Part shown: positions 24,689-35,999 of the stretch, piece by piece
Numbering within the stretch: the stretch's first letter is position 1
Layout of the letters: every line of letters starts with the position of its first letter
Source of the DNA: Tubiluchus corallicola
Lineage: Eukaryota > Animalia > Priapulida
Reading direction: 5' to 3'
Assembly (NCBI GenBank): GCA_030141605.1
Contig: JAQGDQ010000026.1
Span: forward strand, 186,001-250,000
Length of the DNA: 64,000 nt
The notes under the pieces: generated by a model
Databases searched by the model: none
Told to the model about the DNA's origin: nothing
The model's input: only the letters and a program-made list of their open reading frames with translations
Translations under genes and position numbers: made by a program

Positions 24689-27600
24689 TGTGATACTCAA
24701 GTTTAAGTTTCAAAACAGCTGATCACTTGAAGTAAATGAATAACGGTAAAACGGTATGGTAAAATCGCGTCAAGCATTGTATAAGCAAAATGTTGACACC
24801 TCGCTCATCTAAAGTAAGTTCTTGCTATGAGCCTCTTCTAATATATGTAGATTTGGGAATCTTTATGATGTGACGTTCGAAAAATGTCACAGGGAAGTAG
24901 AGACGGGTGGAAGGGAGGGTGGGCATTACGTGCTGGGTAATGTACTTCCATTTAAAGCACATTTATTGACTTTTAATCCCCATGTTTCGACTACATGTAA
25001 TTTTAAAGATGTATCAAAATATGTTTGTATTCATTTTATGATTTAGAAATTACGTCGAATTTTTCCTGGATTGTCGACACCGAGGCAAGGTTACGCGTCC
25101 CTTTAATTAAAATGGTTGAACTGGCGATGTTGCTATGTATTAGTAGGCAATTATTCGCATAATGGACTCAAGAGATATTATTGGCACGCATTAGTTGCAA
25201 TAAAAGGTAGTGATAGGGGTAATAAAAGCGTGGGCCGCAATTAACAATAGGAATTTGGATAAGTCCATTACGTAAAAACCTATGTTAAGTTGTCAAAGCC
25301 TAATGAAAAATGTATCTTTAAAACTGAAAAGTTGAAAATTATGAATGCGTTATTGTTATAGTTATTTAGGCCATCACTATGGAGTCAAAACTTTGAATGC
25401 AGACACAGATCTATTAATTATGATCAAATTTATCATGGTTTCGAAAGCACAGTCATAATTCATCAAATGACTTTCAAGTTTTTTGAAGGACATGTTGTTT
25501 ACATTGAGAAAGAGCGCGTAAGCATTCCGAAATTTGTTTATTGGTGTTTTTTTACATAAAAACGTAACGGAATTCATGAGTTCAGTTTAAACTGAATGTA
25601 AATAAATTATTTAAGCAGATCTGTAGATATAGCATAAAAAACGATGAGATGAACCTTCCAGGTAAAATAAGATATTGTAAGCTAATGCAATACAACTTTT
25701 ACATCTTTTGCACAGACTTTACTGTTTACTTTTACTAATTTGTTTAAAATGTGTATATTTATTTTTGTGCCTAATATGTAATAAATAAATACACTAATAA
25801 AATAAACAATTTAAAAAAACTACTGTATTTAAAACGTATTGTGTAATTTATTATGGTTTGCCGCTTTGTTACAAATTTTAGTTATGATACGTTAAACAGA
25901 CCAAGAGTTGCTTACTGGCATTAGTAAGCTATTTTCGCAGTAGTACATCTATTATTACCGCATTTTTTGTACTTGAGAAGAAAATACTGCAGTAGTCTAA
26001 GCTAGTGAGTTTTTAGTTCCGAAAATATTTTTTTACACTCTACTGTGAATTCAGCTGAATAGTTTCAATCAAATTTTTTTCAAATTGTGGAACGCTGTAT
26101 TTACTTCGTGGTCTTTCTAAGAATGGCGTTTTTTATATTATTTTAAACGTAGCTTCATTTGGCTTGAATCAAACAGTCATTATAACTGATAGAGAGATTC
26201 TCCTCAATATATAACACAAAAATAGCGTGCCAGATTTACATTTGAAGTTAACATGGACTAGTAGGCCTATAGTACCATACCATTGAAAATTATAAAACAC
26301 GACTGACTGCTCAATACAGACTAGGTCATAAAATAGTAGATGCAGTACATACGATGTGAAAAAATTAATAGTTGAAAAACAAAACATTGTCTCAGAAGAT
26401 TAATTAAAAACTAACACTTCGAAAACGCTTTGTGCAAATAATGAAATCTTAAATACATTGAAATATTAAACAATTCATTTCATAGCTTAAGCTTGCGTAC
26501 GCATGAAGAAGAAGATTTGTAATATCGTTATCTGACAATTCATAAATATTGATATTATCACAGGCCAATATTTCCTTGATTTAGACAAGCATCAGTGTCC
26601 TAGCTAGTTTAGAAAGAGGACATTTTAATAAAAAAAATTTCATGTGTCTCAAAAAAGAAGCCACACCTGCAATCTGGTAAGGCACGTGACCCATCACTAT
26701 GATCACAGCCCCTAGAAAATAAGTCAGAATTCAGTTGGCTAAATAATGGCGTTTAGTTTGTCGCTCCCCTCACGCATTACTTTACGAGCCGTTCCATCTT
26801 GTTGAAGGTTCCACAGGAATAGTTTATGACAGAAGTTTACAACTGGTCTACTCCACTCATAAATTAGAGTTAGGAAAAATATTATTGCTCATAAGCTACT
26901 GAGGTTTCATGTTAGTAAACCTTGGTTGCTCCAGAGTGAGTCTCTTCATCTGGCCAAGGTAATGCAAGATGCATGCTTCAAGATGATTAGTTTTTAATTC
27001 TCATTTTTACTTTGAGAGAGTAAGAAATAAATGCGCATTATACCATTATATAGACCTACCGCTTCGTTGAAACGCGTACACGTTAATTTTGGGGTAAGTT
27101 TCAAGTAAAATTGGTTTAATAAAGCCTGCGGGTCGATCTACCCTCCTGTAAGCGTTCACTAAACTGCGCGTGCTTTTGCTTGTGAGCGTGACCGGCAGAT
27201 CCACAACGGTATCCATTAACACGTTCTGGGTATATGTGAAGGCCTTTTTGTAGGCACTAAACACCTGTGACAGAAACTCCGCCAATGTGCCAAGCTTCAG
27301 CTCTGTAGGAGCAGTAGCTGAGGCGTGCATAAAGAGACAGACATATACACACGGACCTCTCAATCATTCATAATAGTAAGTGTAAATAGAAGATAGACAG
27401 ACGTTTTATGTAGCTTATGCTGAAATAAATAGTACTCAACCAACTGACCAACCAACCAACCAATCGACCGACCGACCAACCAACAAACCAAGCAACCGGC
27501 CAGTCAATAAATTAATCAATCAATCACCAGACAAAAATTATCAAGATAAAACTCCAAGTTTTGTGATGTGAATCGGATATGCCAGCGTCAAATGGCGCAG

Positions 27601-28897
27601 TATACGGTATCAGAATGAAAATCAGATGGTATCAAAATAAGTAAAGCTTAACTAGGCCAAATCACTAACTTTCAGAGACATTGTAACGTAACAGGGGCCA
27701 GATTTACTAACGCGTTCGTAAGAATCTTCGTAAGATTTTTTTTCGTAAAGTTACGACTCATTTAATAATCTTCTTAGGTTATGAAACCCTTGTGAATTTC
27801 ATCGTAGGCCTAAGAATGTTTTTACAAACGGTCTTACGAATAAAGCAGTTTGTAAAAAGCTTTATGAATTCCCAGGTCCCCAGGTTGTTCTGATCAGCCG
27901 TATAGGTCTGTGAAAATTTCTGTTGTATAGGCTGCACTTCCTACTCACAAATGCAAGCTCACCATGCGGTAGCATGATTTCATATGTTCTATTTTTCATG
28001 GAAAAAATAAAGCGGATAAATTTGAACTAGACTTTTTAACACTGCAAGAATTTAAAGTGGAATCAAAATAACAGTGGTGTGCTCTTACCGGGAATCGCAA
28101 GGTATAACATCTCTGAATGCACAAAGCATCATCATATCTTCTAGAAAATGACCTGCGCTTTTTCTCTGTTCATCGGTCAAGTCTTTCAACTTTGACAAGT
28201 ACTCTAATCGAGTTAGTTTATCGTCCAAAAGAGTGGAATCAATGTTTTTCCTTGCTGGATCTCCCATCGAGGGGGCAACTGGTTGCTCCTGCTGCTTTTT
28301 TTGTAGCTGTCGTTTACGCCTTTCACCAGAATTTGCTTTTTCGGAATTTGGATCACCAGAATTTACCTTACTAGAAGTAATTGGATCAGCAGTATTTTGT
28401 CCACCTGGATTTTGCCCACCGGAATCAGATTTGTCAGAAATTTGTGGCGTTGCGGCAGGGCTCTTTTCTCCAGCATCTTCCGAGTCGTCTCCAGAAATTA
28501 CATTCCCTTTTCCACATTCCACGGAGTGACCCGGCTTAAGCAGTCGATATTCCTTTACCTTGCTGCATTTTACTGGGTTTTCGTTACAAATTGTTATGGC
28601 TGGGAACAACATTGGCGACTCATGAGTATAGTCTGTACTGGATTTTACATCCCATTGATGATATCCATAATCACTGATCACACTTACGAGTTGAATTATA
28701 AGCAAGACGACACAGCCGGCCATTACAGCCAACCAAAGAATCTTTCGAACTCCAAGTTTTGACCGATGCATATGAGGAATTCCTTGCATGGACGTGTTCT
28801 CAATGAAATCCTTCAGTCTTTCGTGCATTCTGTTAATAACCTGTATGCTAGATGTCACTTCTTTCGGCTCATTCTCCACTTTTGGTTCAGACTCCAT
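15118..28897 (-). CDS. DEG/ENaC subunit, isoform using distal first exon 1B spliced to the same downstream exons
   Basis: Exon 28897-28089 ends CG|GTAAGA (phase 2), compatible with the shared exon 2 acceptor at 22533. I found no ENaC downstream exons between 24700 and 28085. Confidence 0.8.
16559..16898. mobile_element. hAT-type MITE in ENaC intron
   Basis: 15-bp TIRs caggaccgtcttaac / gttaagacggtgctg and an imperfect 8-bp TSD (ataattag / ataactac). Confidence 0.75.
17490..17850. mobile_element. Long inverted-repeat (MITE-like) element
   Basis: About 100-bp imperfect inverted arms: aaggaaatttttccgaaatttactgtttt...tttctttatctacatatcttagaaaa versus ttttctaagttacgtagataaagaaa...aaaacagtaaatttgggaaaatctcctt. 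Confidence 0.6.
19900..20530. repeat. A/purine-rich low-complexity tract
   Basis: Long A-rich degenerate gaaa/caaa runs that generate spurious K-rich and F-rich ORFs. Confidence 0.7.
23418..23467. repeat. (AAT)n microsatellite
   Basis: Perfect taataataat run. Confidence 0.95.
23751..24688 (-). CDS. ENaC alternative first coding exon 1A (N-terminus, TM1, proximal ectodomain with repeat)
   Basis: MSSQSVGVKQRLLDFAQNTSMQGVPNI, TM1, FPAVTICNQNP, then GHKIDDMLLLCSY..VPC. Donor AG|GCAAGT (GC-AG). Confidence 0.9.
24013..24336 (-). repeat. Coding minisatellite, 12 x 27 bp, encoding DPPQGDGSG
   Basis: Unit gatcaccgctgccatcaccttgcggag repeated 12 times in frame within exon 1A. Confidence 0.97.
27435..27525. 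repeat. (ACCA/ACCG/ATCA)n degenerate tetranucleotide repeat
   Basis: accaaccaaccaatcgaccgaccgaccaac visible. Confidence 0.7.
28089..28897 (-). CDS. ENaC alternative first coding exon 1B (N-terminus, TM1, proximal ectodomain)
   Basis: RLKDFIENTSMQGIPHM, TM1, FPAITICNENP, then GHFLEDMMMLCAF..IPC. Clear paralog of exon 1A with the same 3' end position and phase. Confidence 0.9.
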
Positions 28898-29379
28898 CGT
28901 TCATCCCTCCAAGTTCAATAAATGCAGGCACTTAATAAAAGGTTTCAATAAAACTGCTGTAGTTTTTTTCTCTGCAAGTCAGCTTAATGTTTTGCTAAAA
29001 TGGTTGTCTTTGAATGTGTTACACTTTTCAGCTATTCGAACTTTATGGCACTTTCACTTTGTATTCTATGGTTGGTTTCCATGTCATTTATTTTGTCCAT
29101 TAGTATTAAATTTTCAGTAGATGTGACTGCCAACATTGTAGCTGAGCGAAACCGGACAAACAATACCTCGGTGACATCTTACAGAAACAGGTCTATTATG
29201 ACCGTCCATACAATATTTATCTTGGTTGATTCAGTGTTGCGCAGCTAGCGGTCGCAGTTTGGATTTGTATTTGCGTAGGTAAGCAGGTGTTGTGTCACTA
29301 AACATTCACAAAAGTTCTTTTTGTCAAAGCTTCTTTTGAATTAACACTAAATACTGCTAGGCCCTCATGTTTTAAGTAT

Positions 29380-30471
29380 TGTAACGATATTACTGTAAGG
29401 ACCCAGGTTAAATCATAGAGCCGTACTTTAACTTGCAGATAAACATTAAGCTTTATTTTCTGATTTTGACACCAGCTTTTTTTTACTTATGTTCACTAAG
29501 TGTAAATTGTTTCTAGATTGTTACAATCAACTAGGTAATACTATTTGTTAGTTTAAGGAATGTCAGTCCCCCCCCCCCTGGGTTGGGTTGAACGTGTAAC
29601 TGTACGTTTGTGCATTTAAGAGGATTGAAGCCAAACACATGGATTTCTGTACGTTCATGACACAGATTTCTCGGACAGGATATGCAACTTGAGTTTGGTT
29701 GGGGAAACTGCGTTTTTACGTTTTACCTGATTGTCTATTAGCTGACGTTTGAAAGCTAATGATCTATTTGTGGTGGTGGAAGATGTCCACTCATTGGTTT
29801 ACATGGCTTTGCTGATCTTACCATGCTGGGAAGATGTCGTCTCGGATCATGTGAGAGCACCGTCGTGCAGTTGGAAAGGTGCCCAGCTCGATACTCCATC
29901 GCATGGGACGGAGAAGTCGTCACTGCCTGGGTAGGAACTGTATGCCAATAAACCGGAAGGCAAAGGTACCTGTTTACTTACGTTATCGTTAATTGGCGCC
30001 AGAGGGAGAACTTGTTTTTGATGTGAATTTCCGAACGCATGTGTCCCTACAACTACGTTCACACGTCACCCTTTGATAGACTTACGTTGAAACATTTAGC
30101 TACGTTTCTCTCAGACTTTTTGCGTCATCACTGTGGGAGTTGTGAACCCGTTAGATGAAGTTTAAACCACACTTTAGTCGTTCTAAAGGACTATGGCCAC
30201 AATCTACACGTGTCTGGAGAATATACTATGCTAGCGTACGCATTTCGGGGTGGCTGGTAGAGTAAGTAGGAACCCTTTAAATAGTTAGGAAAACTGTATG
30301 ATTTTTGTATGTTTTGTCATTGCATTTATTTCATGCCATGCTGTTTAGTAGCGTTTTCAGACTTACTTTTGCTTATTACTAATTTCCATTGTTTACAAAA
30401 AGCTCAACTATACAACTGTTTTTGTTTGTGTCATTAAACTTAATATTTTGTCATTTATTCGACTGGTTACA
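29380..30471 (+). mobile_element. Probable solo LTR of an LTR retrotransposon
   Basis: Termini TGTAAC...GTTACA, a near-match 4-bp flank (gtat / gttt), ATTAAA near the right end, and higher GC than the flanks. Confidence 0.5.
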
Positions 30472-31695
30472 GTTTCGCTTTTAGGGTATAGATGGGAAGC
30501 CTGTTTTTGATCAATCCCACCATAAAAAAATCCATGCTATTTAGGTAGAGCCCCCGTAGAGTCTGCCTACGCTCAGCTATTGTCTGTTTCTTTAGTGGGC
30601 AGTCGGTTAGTGCCCATAGCTCGGCCAAGGAACTGATCGAACTTAGCAGCGACTACCATTAATTGGCCCCTATGGTCTGCCCCTGTATGCACGGGCCATT
30701 ACAATTACAATATAATAAAATGCCATAACGGCCACTGAAAACTTCATAATTTCATTGAAGAAATGCAAAGTCCGCATAATTCTAATTAATCATCGCCCAT
30801 TAAGATTTAGGTTACTTTGAACTTCGGTTTGACATTTTTACTTCGTTAGATATCCTTGATTAGAGAATAAATTCTAAAAAAAGCGTTCACTAATTGGAAA
30901 ACTACTTCGCCCAACTCATATTATCAAATGAGTTGCAAGTGTCAATTCTACACTTTTGAACAACTATCAGCCGAGTTTACGCATATCTGTGAGTTAACAC
31001 TCATTAATAACTTAGAAATTGGATTGTTTAATGCTACAATTGATGGTCAGTAACTCAATAACTGCTTCCCACTTCTCCAACAAAAACAATTGCTTCTTTG
31101 ACTTAACGAGTTTTTGGTCAAGTATTTTTTATATCCACACCTACGAATATAATCAATTTTGTAAGTTTTCTTTTTATAAAGCAGCCAGTAACAAAACTGT
31201 GAAACTTATATTCCAAAACATACACACGCGCGCGCACAATTTTCTGATAAGTTGATTATTACGTTTTTTCTACATTTTTCTACATTTCTTCACCTTTATA
31301 TTAAAATTTTCAGCGTAAGAAACGCACACACCCACGTACGTACGCACTCACGCACGCACGCACACACACACACACAATGAACTAATCTTTGACAGATAAT
31401 ATTAGTACTAGCATTAAATCTAGTCATTAGACTAAATACACATTTCCTATAGATAACAACTAAATAAGTTATACCGAGCTGTACACTTAGAAGCTGAGCG
31501 TATAATCAAGTTCATACTTTAAAAAATTTCGTTTTGAAACATTGTGAGCAACTTTTAGTTTTCTGATGTTGTATAAATTAAAATGACTCCAAGTGGCCAT
31601 ATAGTAAAGGCTATTGCAATTGGCATTAGATAGGCAAATTTTTACATTAACTGAACAATTTCCAGATTTTCTGATAAGTTGATTATTACGTTTTT

Positions 31696-32070
31696 TTAAC
31701 ATTTTTCTACATTTCTACATCTTTCTATTAAAATTTTCAGCGTAAGAAACGCAGACGTCAAATAAGGGCTGAAGTGCCGTATAGTTGTTGCTAATAAACG
31801 TGCGTCATCTTCATACATTAAATGATGCATAATCATGTTAACAATATTACAACCAAGCTGAGTGCGTGCCAGTTTGGTACTTAGGTCTTTGAAATAGAAG
31901 TTTAAAAGAATTTGAGACATTCTGCCACCTTGAGATACTCCACTACCTATGCCGAAAGTTTTGGAATGGATGCGCCCCCATCTAACAAACATACCTTGGT
32001 TCACATAATAGTATAAGAGTAAACGAATACCATTAGGAAATTCAGCTTTAGGCAAATTTGAGAAAGCCAA
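31696..32070 (-). pseudogene. Non-LTR retrotransposon (LINE) reverse transcriptase fragment, decayed
   Basis: FGIGSGVSQGGRMSQILLNFYFKDLS...HLMYEDD corresponds to the RT motifs GVxQGxxLSP and YADD with mutations. Confidence 0.85.
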
Positions 32071-32489
32071 AGCGACATAGCCAAATTGGTTCGGAGTTGC
32101 AGGAATAAGATTTTTATAACGATTCAGCAGTAAGGTTCTATGACCATGCTAGCAATGAGTGACATCATATATCAACATCACATATTACATTAATATAAGC
32201 ATATGATAACAATCATACTTATACAAAAAATGCAGAACTGGTTTCGCAGCGAGCATCCGTCTTTTACGCTAGTTCCCGTGCTAGCTTATAACATAAGACT
32301 AAGTGCAGAAATATCTGTTTAAAGTTTACGTACACGAAGCCAGTCATATTACCTATACAAGAACATAAACGATCTCGAATAATAATAGTAATACTGATAA
32401 ATCTGATGTTTATAAATATTACGTGACGAAGTTCGAAGCTCATGTTATGATGGCGCATTTTCGATCAGTGAAATTATAAATGGTGGTGT

Positions 32490-33104
32490 GTGATGTCCAT
32501 TACAACAAGATCCAGGTCAAAATCACTTATGGAAACAGAAAGTCGGGAATCAACGATAGAAATTACAGTTGCAATGATGTCGAAAAGTGCAAGTAAGGGA
32601 CATAACGGTGAAGGTAATATGAAATCTAATACTGACGTAAACCTTTTGTCTGAACTGTTAAACTTTAGAGCAGAAATGATGCCTGAAATGGGCAAAATCA
32701 AAATTGGTTTGAAGGAACTTAAGGCAGGACAAACATCTTTGGAAACTAAATATGATAATATTTGTATAATGTATGACAACCCCTTAGCCAGATTAGAAAA
32801 TACTGAACAAGAGAACAGTAATTTTAAAGCCTTGGCGAAAACCACTGAGTCTAAAGTAGCTAGCCAAGCTGCAGAATTTGAGAATCTCAAACAGTATATT
32901 TGTAGAGACGGTCTATTAATTTACGGAATCCCAAAACAGAACGGGGAGAATACTGACAATTTAATTAAGTGCATAGCTAGTGAAATGGGATGGCCACTAA
33001 GCGATACGGACATTAGAATGTCACACTGTATCCCATCAGAGAAAGTTTTAGAACCCACTAACAGAAAATTGTTTCCATGTCAACTACTACTTCACCGGCT
33101 TTGA
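32490..33104 (+). pseudogene. LINE (CR1/L2-type) ORF1-like fragment, coiled coil plus RRM start
   Basis: Heptad region followed by ENLKQYICRDGLLIYGIPKQNGENTD...DIRMSHC, resembling the ORF1 motif LEQYSRRxNLxIxGIPExxxENTD...DIxxSHR. Confidence 0.75.
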
Positions 33105-33767
33105 CAAAAGGTCTTGCTTAATTCTATTTTTCTAGGTGCACCCGTGTTTACATTTTCGCACTTTTATTCTTTAGCCTCGCCAGAGTGTCAACTTGTCAGC
33201 TTACACCCGTCTCTCATATTGAGCGCATTGACCCGCCATCTATGAAAAGGAAATTCAGTCTTAACATTCTTCAATATCTAGCTTTGATCCTGAATTTGTC
33301 ATTTCTAGCTGCATTGACCGTAGAATCTGCCATTGTGGCTAGAACTCAACTAGGCCTAAATGTTGCAGAACACAATGGCACATAAAAAGTTTCTTTAAGA
33401 AATTACTTTTGACCGCCATTCGTTATTAAATTTTTTTAGACGGCTTGACAGTTGACAGTGACTGCAAGACAATGACTGTAAAACTTAGGATAATCTCCTG
33501 TCACTAAAAAGGAAAGCGGAGAGTCTTTCATGTTTGTTAGACATAAATTTAAAACAAAAAGAGGAATTAATACTTTTATAAGGGGATGTGTTTTTAATGC
33601 AGATTATCATTAATATTTTTATCTTTACTGTTCTCTGTTGGTTTTACTGCTATTTCTAATGTATTTAATACAAGAAAAATTCCTTTGTTTTAAATACGTT
33701 TTAATATCGAAAGATTTATCTTAATTAAAGTCTTTACTGATGTATTGTAAGTTTATTAGCAGCTGTA

Positions 33768-33801
<34 letters not shown>

Positions 33802-33836
33802 CACTCACTCACTCACTCACTCACTCACTCACTTAC
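33768..33836. repeat. (ACTT)n(ACTC)n microsatellite
   Basis: Directly visible. Confidence 0.95.
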
Positions 33837-35425
33837 GATAACTCTTGGTACATTGGATCGCAGTTTCCTGCGATAACAACCAATTAATCTAAAAAAATAC
33901 TTTTTTCAAGTTACTTTATTGTTACTGCAGAAACTGATTCTGGAACATCACAGGAAGACGACGTACTTATCTATTTATTAGAGAACACACCATGTGATTT
34001 TTTATCGTGCCATCCAGAATTAATCAACAATTGTATAACAAATGTTAATACTTTTTTATTTGAAAGCTCTTTAAATAGTTTTGACGTGTTGATAAATTTA
34101 GTATCTATAAACACGCATAGAATTGAAGTGTACATACATATTGAGCAGATTTTTGACGTTATGATAAGCATTAAAAAAAAGTTCAAAAATTTGTGCAGAA
34201 GTTCAGAAACAAGTGCATAAATTTTTTAATAGTTTCAAAGTTAAATAGAAAATGTCATTTGTAAATTATTCTATAATTTTGCAGCTTTCAACTTCCAAAT
34301 TACTAAGTAATATGTTTTGTATTGTTTAAGCTATCTATGCACCATATTCAGTTGATACAGAACTGTGACATGGAAACTAACTGACCCATGCTACTTAACA
34401 CATTCTATTTTGTCAATGCATCACATTTATATGTAATAGAAGATGTTGGAGAAAGGTGACGTGGCAACTAACTGACCAACTGTTGCGGAAGCTGTTGCGG
34501 ATACGTGACGTGGGAATTGACAAATTGACACAGGTTGGCGAAAGATTATGAGGTCACCTAGGAGCCACCCCTATTTGTAGGACATTAACATTAATTTAGT
34601 TAATCGAGTGACACTGTTAGCAGCTTGTTGTGAGACAAAAATAAATATAATTAAGTATCATAAATTTATAATGAAAATTGTGTTAGTAACTAAAGAAAGA
34701 TATACTTATTATCAATATCTAATTTACTGGAAGCGTTTTGCTAGTGTATGCAAATAACCGGTAAAATAAAATGCAAATACCTTACACAATTATAATAAAG
34801 ATAGCACAGTAGCTGACAAATGGACAGTTTAACAGGTCACAAAATCAATCAATCATAGTTTCGCAACATTTACAACAACTGCATAATGATTATACACCTA
34901 GTTATATATTTATTATTACATGCAGCGTTGCTATTTTAAAATTGTATTTTCGTAGCAGTGATAATCATAGCATAATAAAATAAAGATGTAGTATGCTGCT
35001 ATGCCAATTATAGTGCTGCATTACATCTAATTACTGTTCTTAATATTCTTAACGTAAATTGTAACCACTCATAATCACAAGCCGGGGCAATATTAGGGCC
35101 GGTGCTAAGTTGACTATAGACTGAAACATCCCTGGTTCAAATCCAAACTTAGTTTCTATTTTTTCACATTTAACATGCCCTAACCCTTGGAAATGTCATT
35201 ATAATTTCCTCCATTAATAATTATTGACGAATGGGCCCTGGTTTAAATACATGCTTATTCCCAACTTGCTAACATTGTTTTCCTTTCTTTTGAGCAAGTC
35301 ATTATTAATTGATTGTGGGTTCTTGGTTCATCCGTCATCAAAAGGATCTTGTTTTGAACTGAACTTCTGATTAATTGTGTTTTGTTGCTGAAGCCAGTAA
35401 CCTCGAGTAAGTTAATCAAATTTGA

Positions 35426-35462
35426 CACCTGTAGATGGCAGCACACAATAACTCGCGAGGCC
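35426..35462 (+). promoter_or_regulatory. CTCF-like motif plus a CTCGCGAG palindrome; candidate MPV17L2 promoter region
   Basis: CACCTGTAGATGGCAGCAC followed by actcgcgagg in a small CpG-containing patch upstream of the MPV17L2-like acceptor at about 38499. Confidence 0.35.
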
Positions 35463-35999
35463 GTGAGGGAAGCACCGAACCAACTGAACGATCCTTTTCA
35501 GAGTGTAGATGTTAACAAACAGTGGGAAACTGCACGAAACTGTAATATTTTATTATTAAAAAAAACGATTTTTCCGGTTATTAGTTTCTGTTTATTGCAT
35601 AAGTCGTATTGTCAGCTTATCAAGGTTTTTGTTTATATAACAGATGCTGTTAAAAAGTGTTCTGTTAAAATAAAATGGCAATAATTGAATTAAGAAGGTG
35701 CAAAAACTGATAATTAAGTTTAATTTAAGAGCAAAATGTGTTAATAGTTGCTTAGTTGAATCAGTTTTCTCTAAATCAAGCTGTCAGACTATCAATACTA
35801 TTAGGATCATATACTTTCATCATCAATTAGTAGTTGAATTTTGTATAATACTATTTCTAGTGTAATGTACTTAGCTACTCCGCCAATAATTTGCATCGCA
35901 GTGACCTATAAAGCATCCTTTTGTTCCCTGTATTTTTGATTCTCATTACTTTCTTTTGTTTTTAACTATTTGCTAATTTTGATCATGTTTCAATTTCCC

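Noticed and set aside
24700-28085. A second complete ENaC gene downstream of exon 1B
   Set aside because: No GNCYTFN, cysteine-rich or TM2 exons found in this 3.4-kb interval.
24688-28089. Exon 1B splicing into exon 1A (an in-frame AG lies 7 nt before the 1A ATG) to make a double-head protein
   Set aside because: Weak GAG acceptor without a pyrimidine tract, and two TM1 segments would invert the topology.
35081-35150. Possible tRNA gene (B-box GGTTCAAATCC)
   Set aside because: No convincing cloverleaf or acceptor stem; at most a decayed SINE head.
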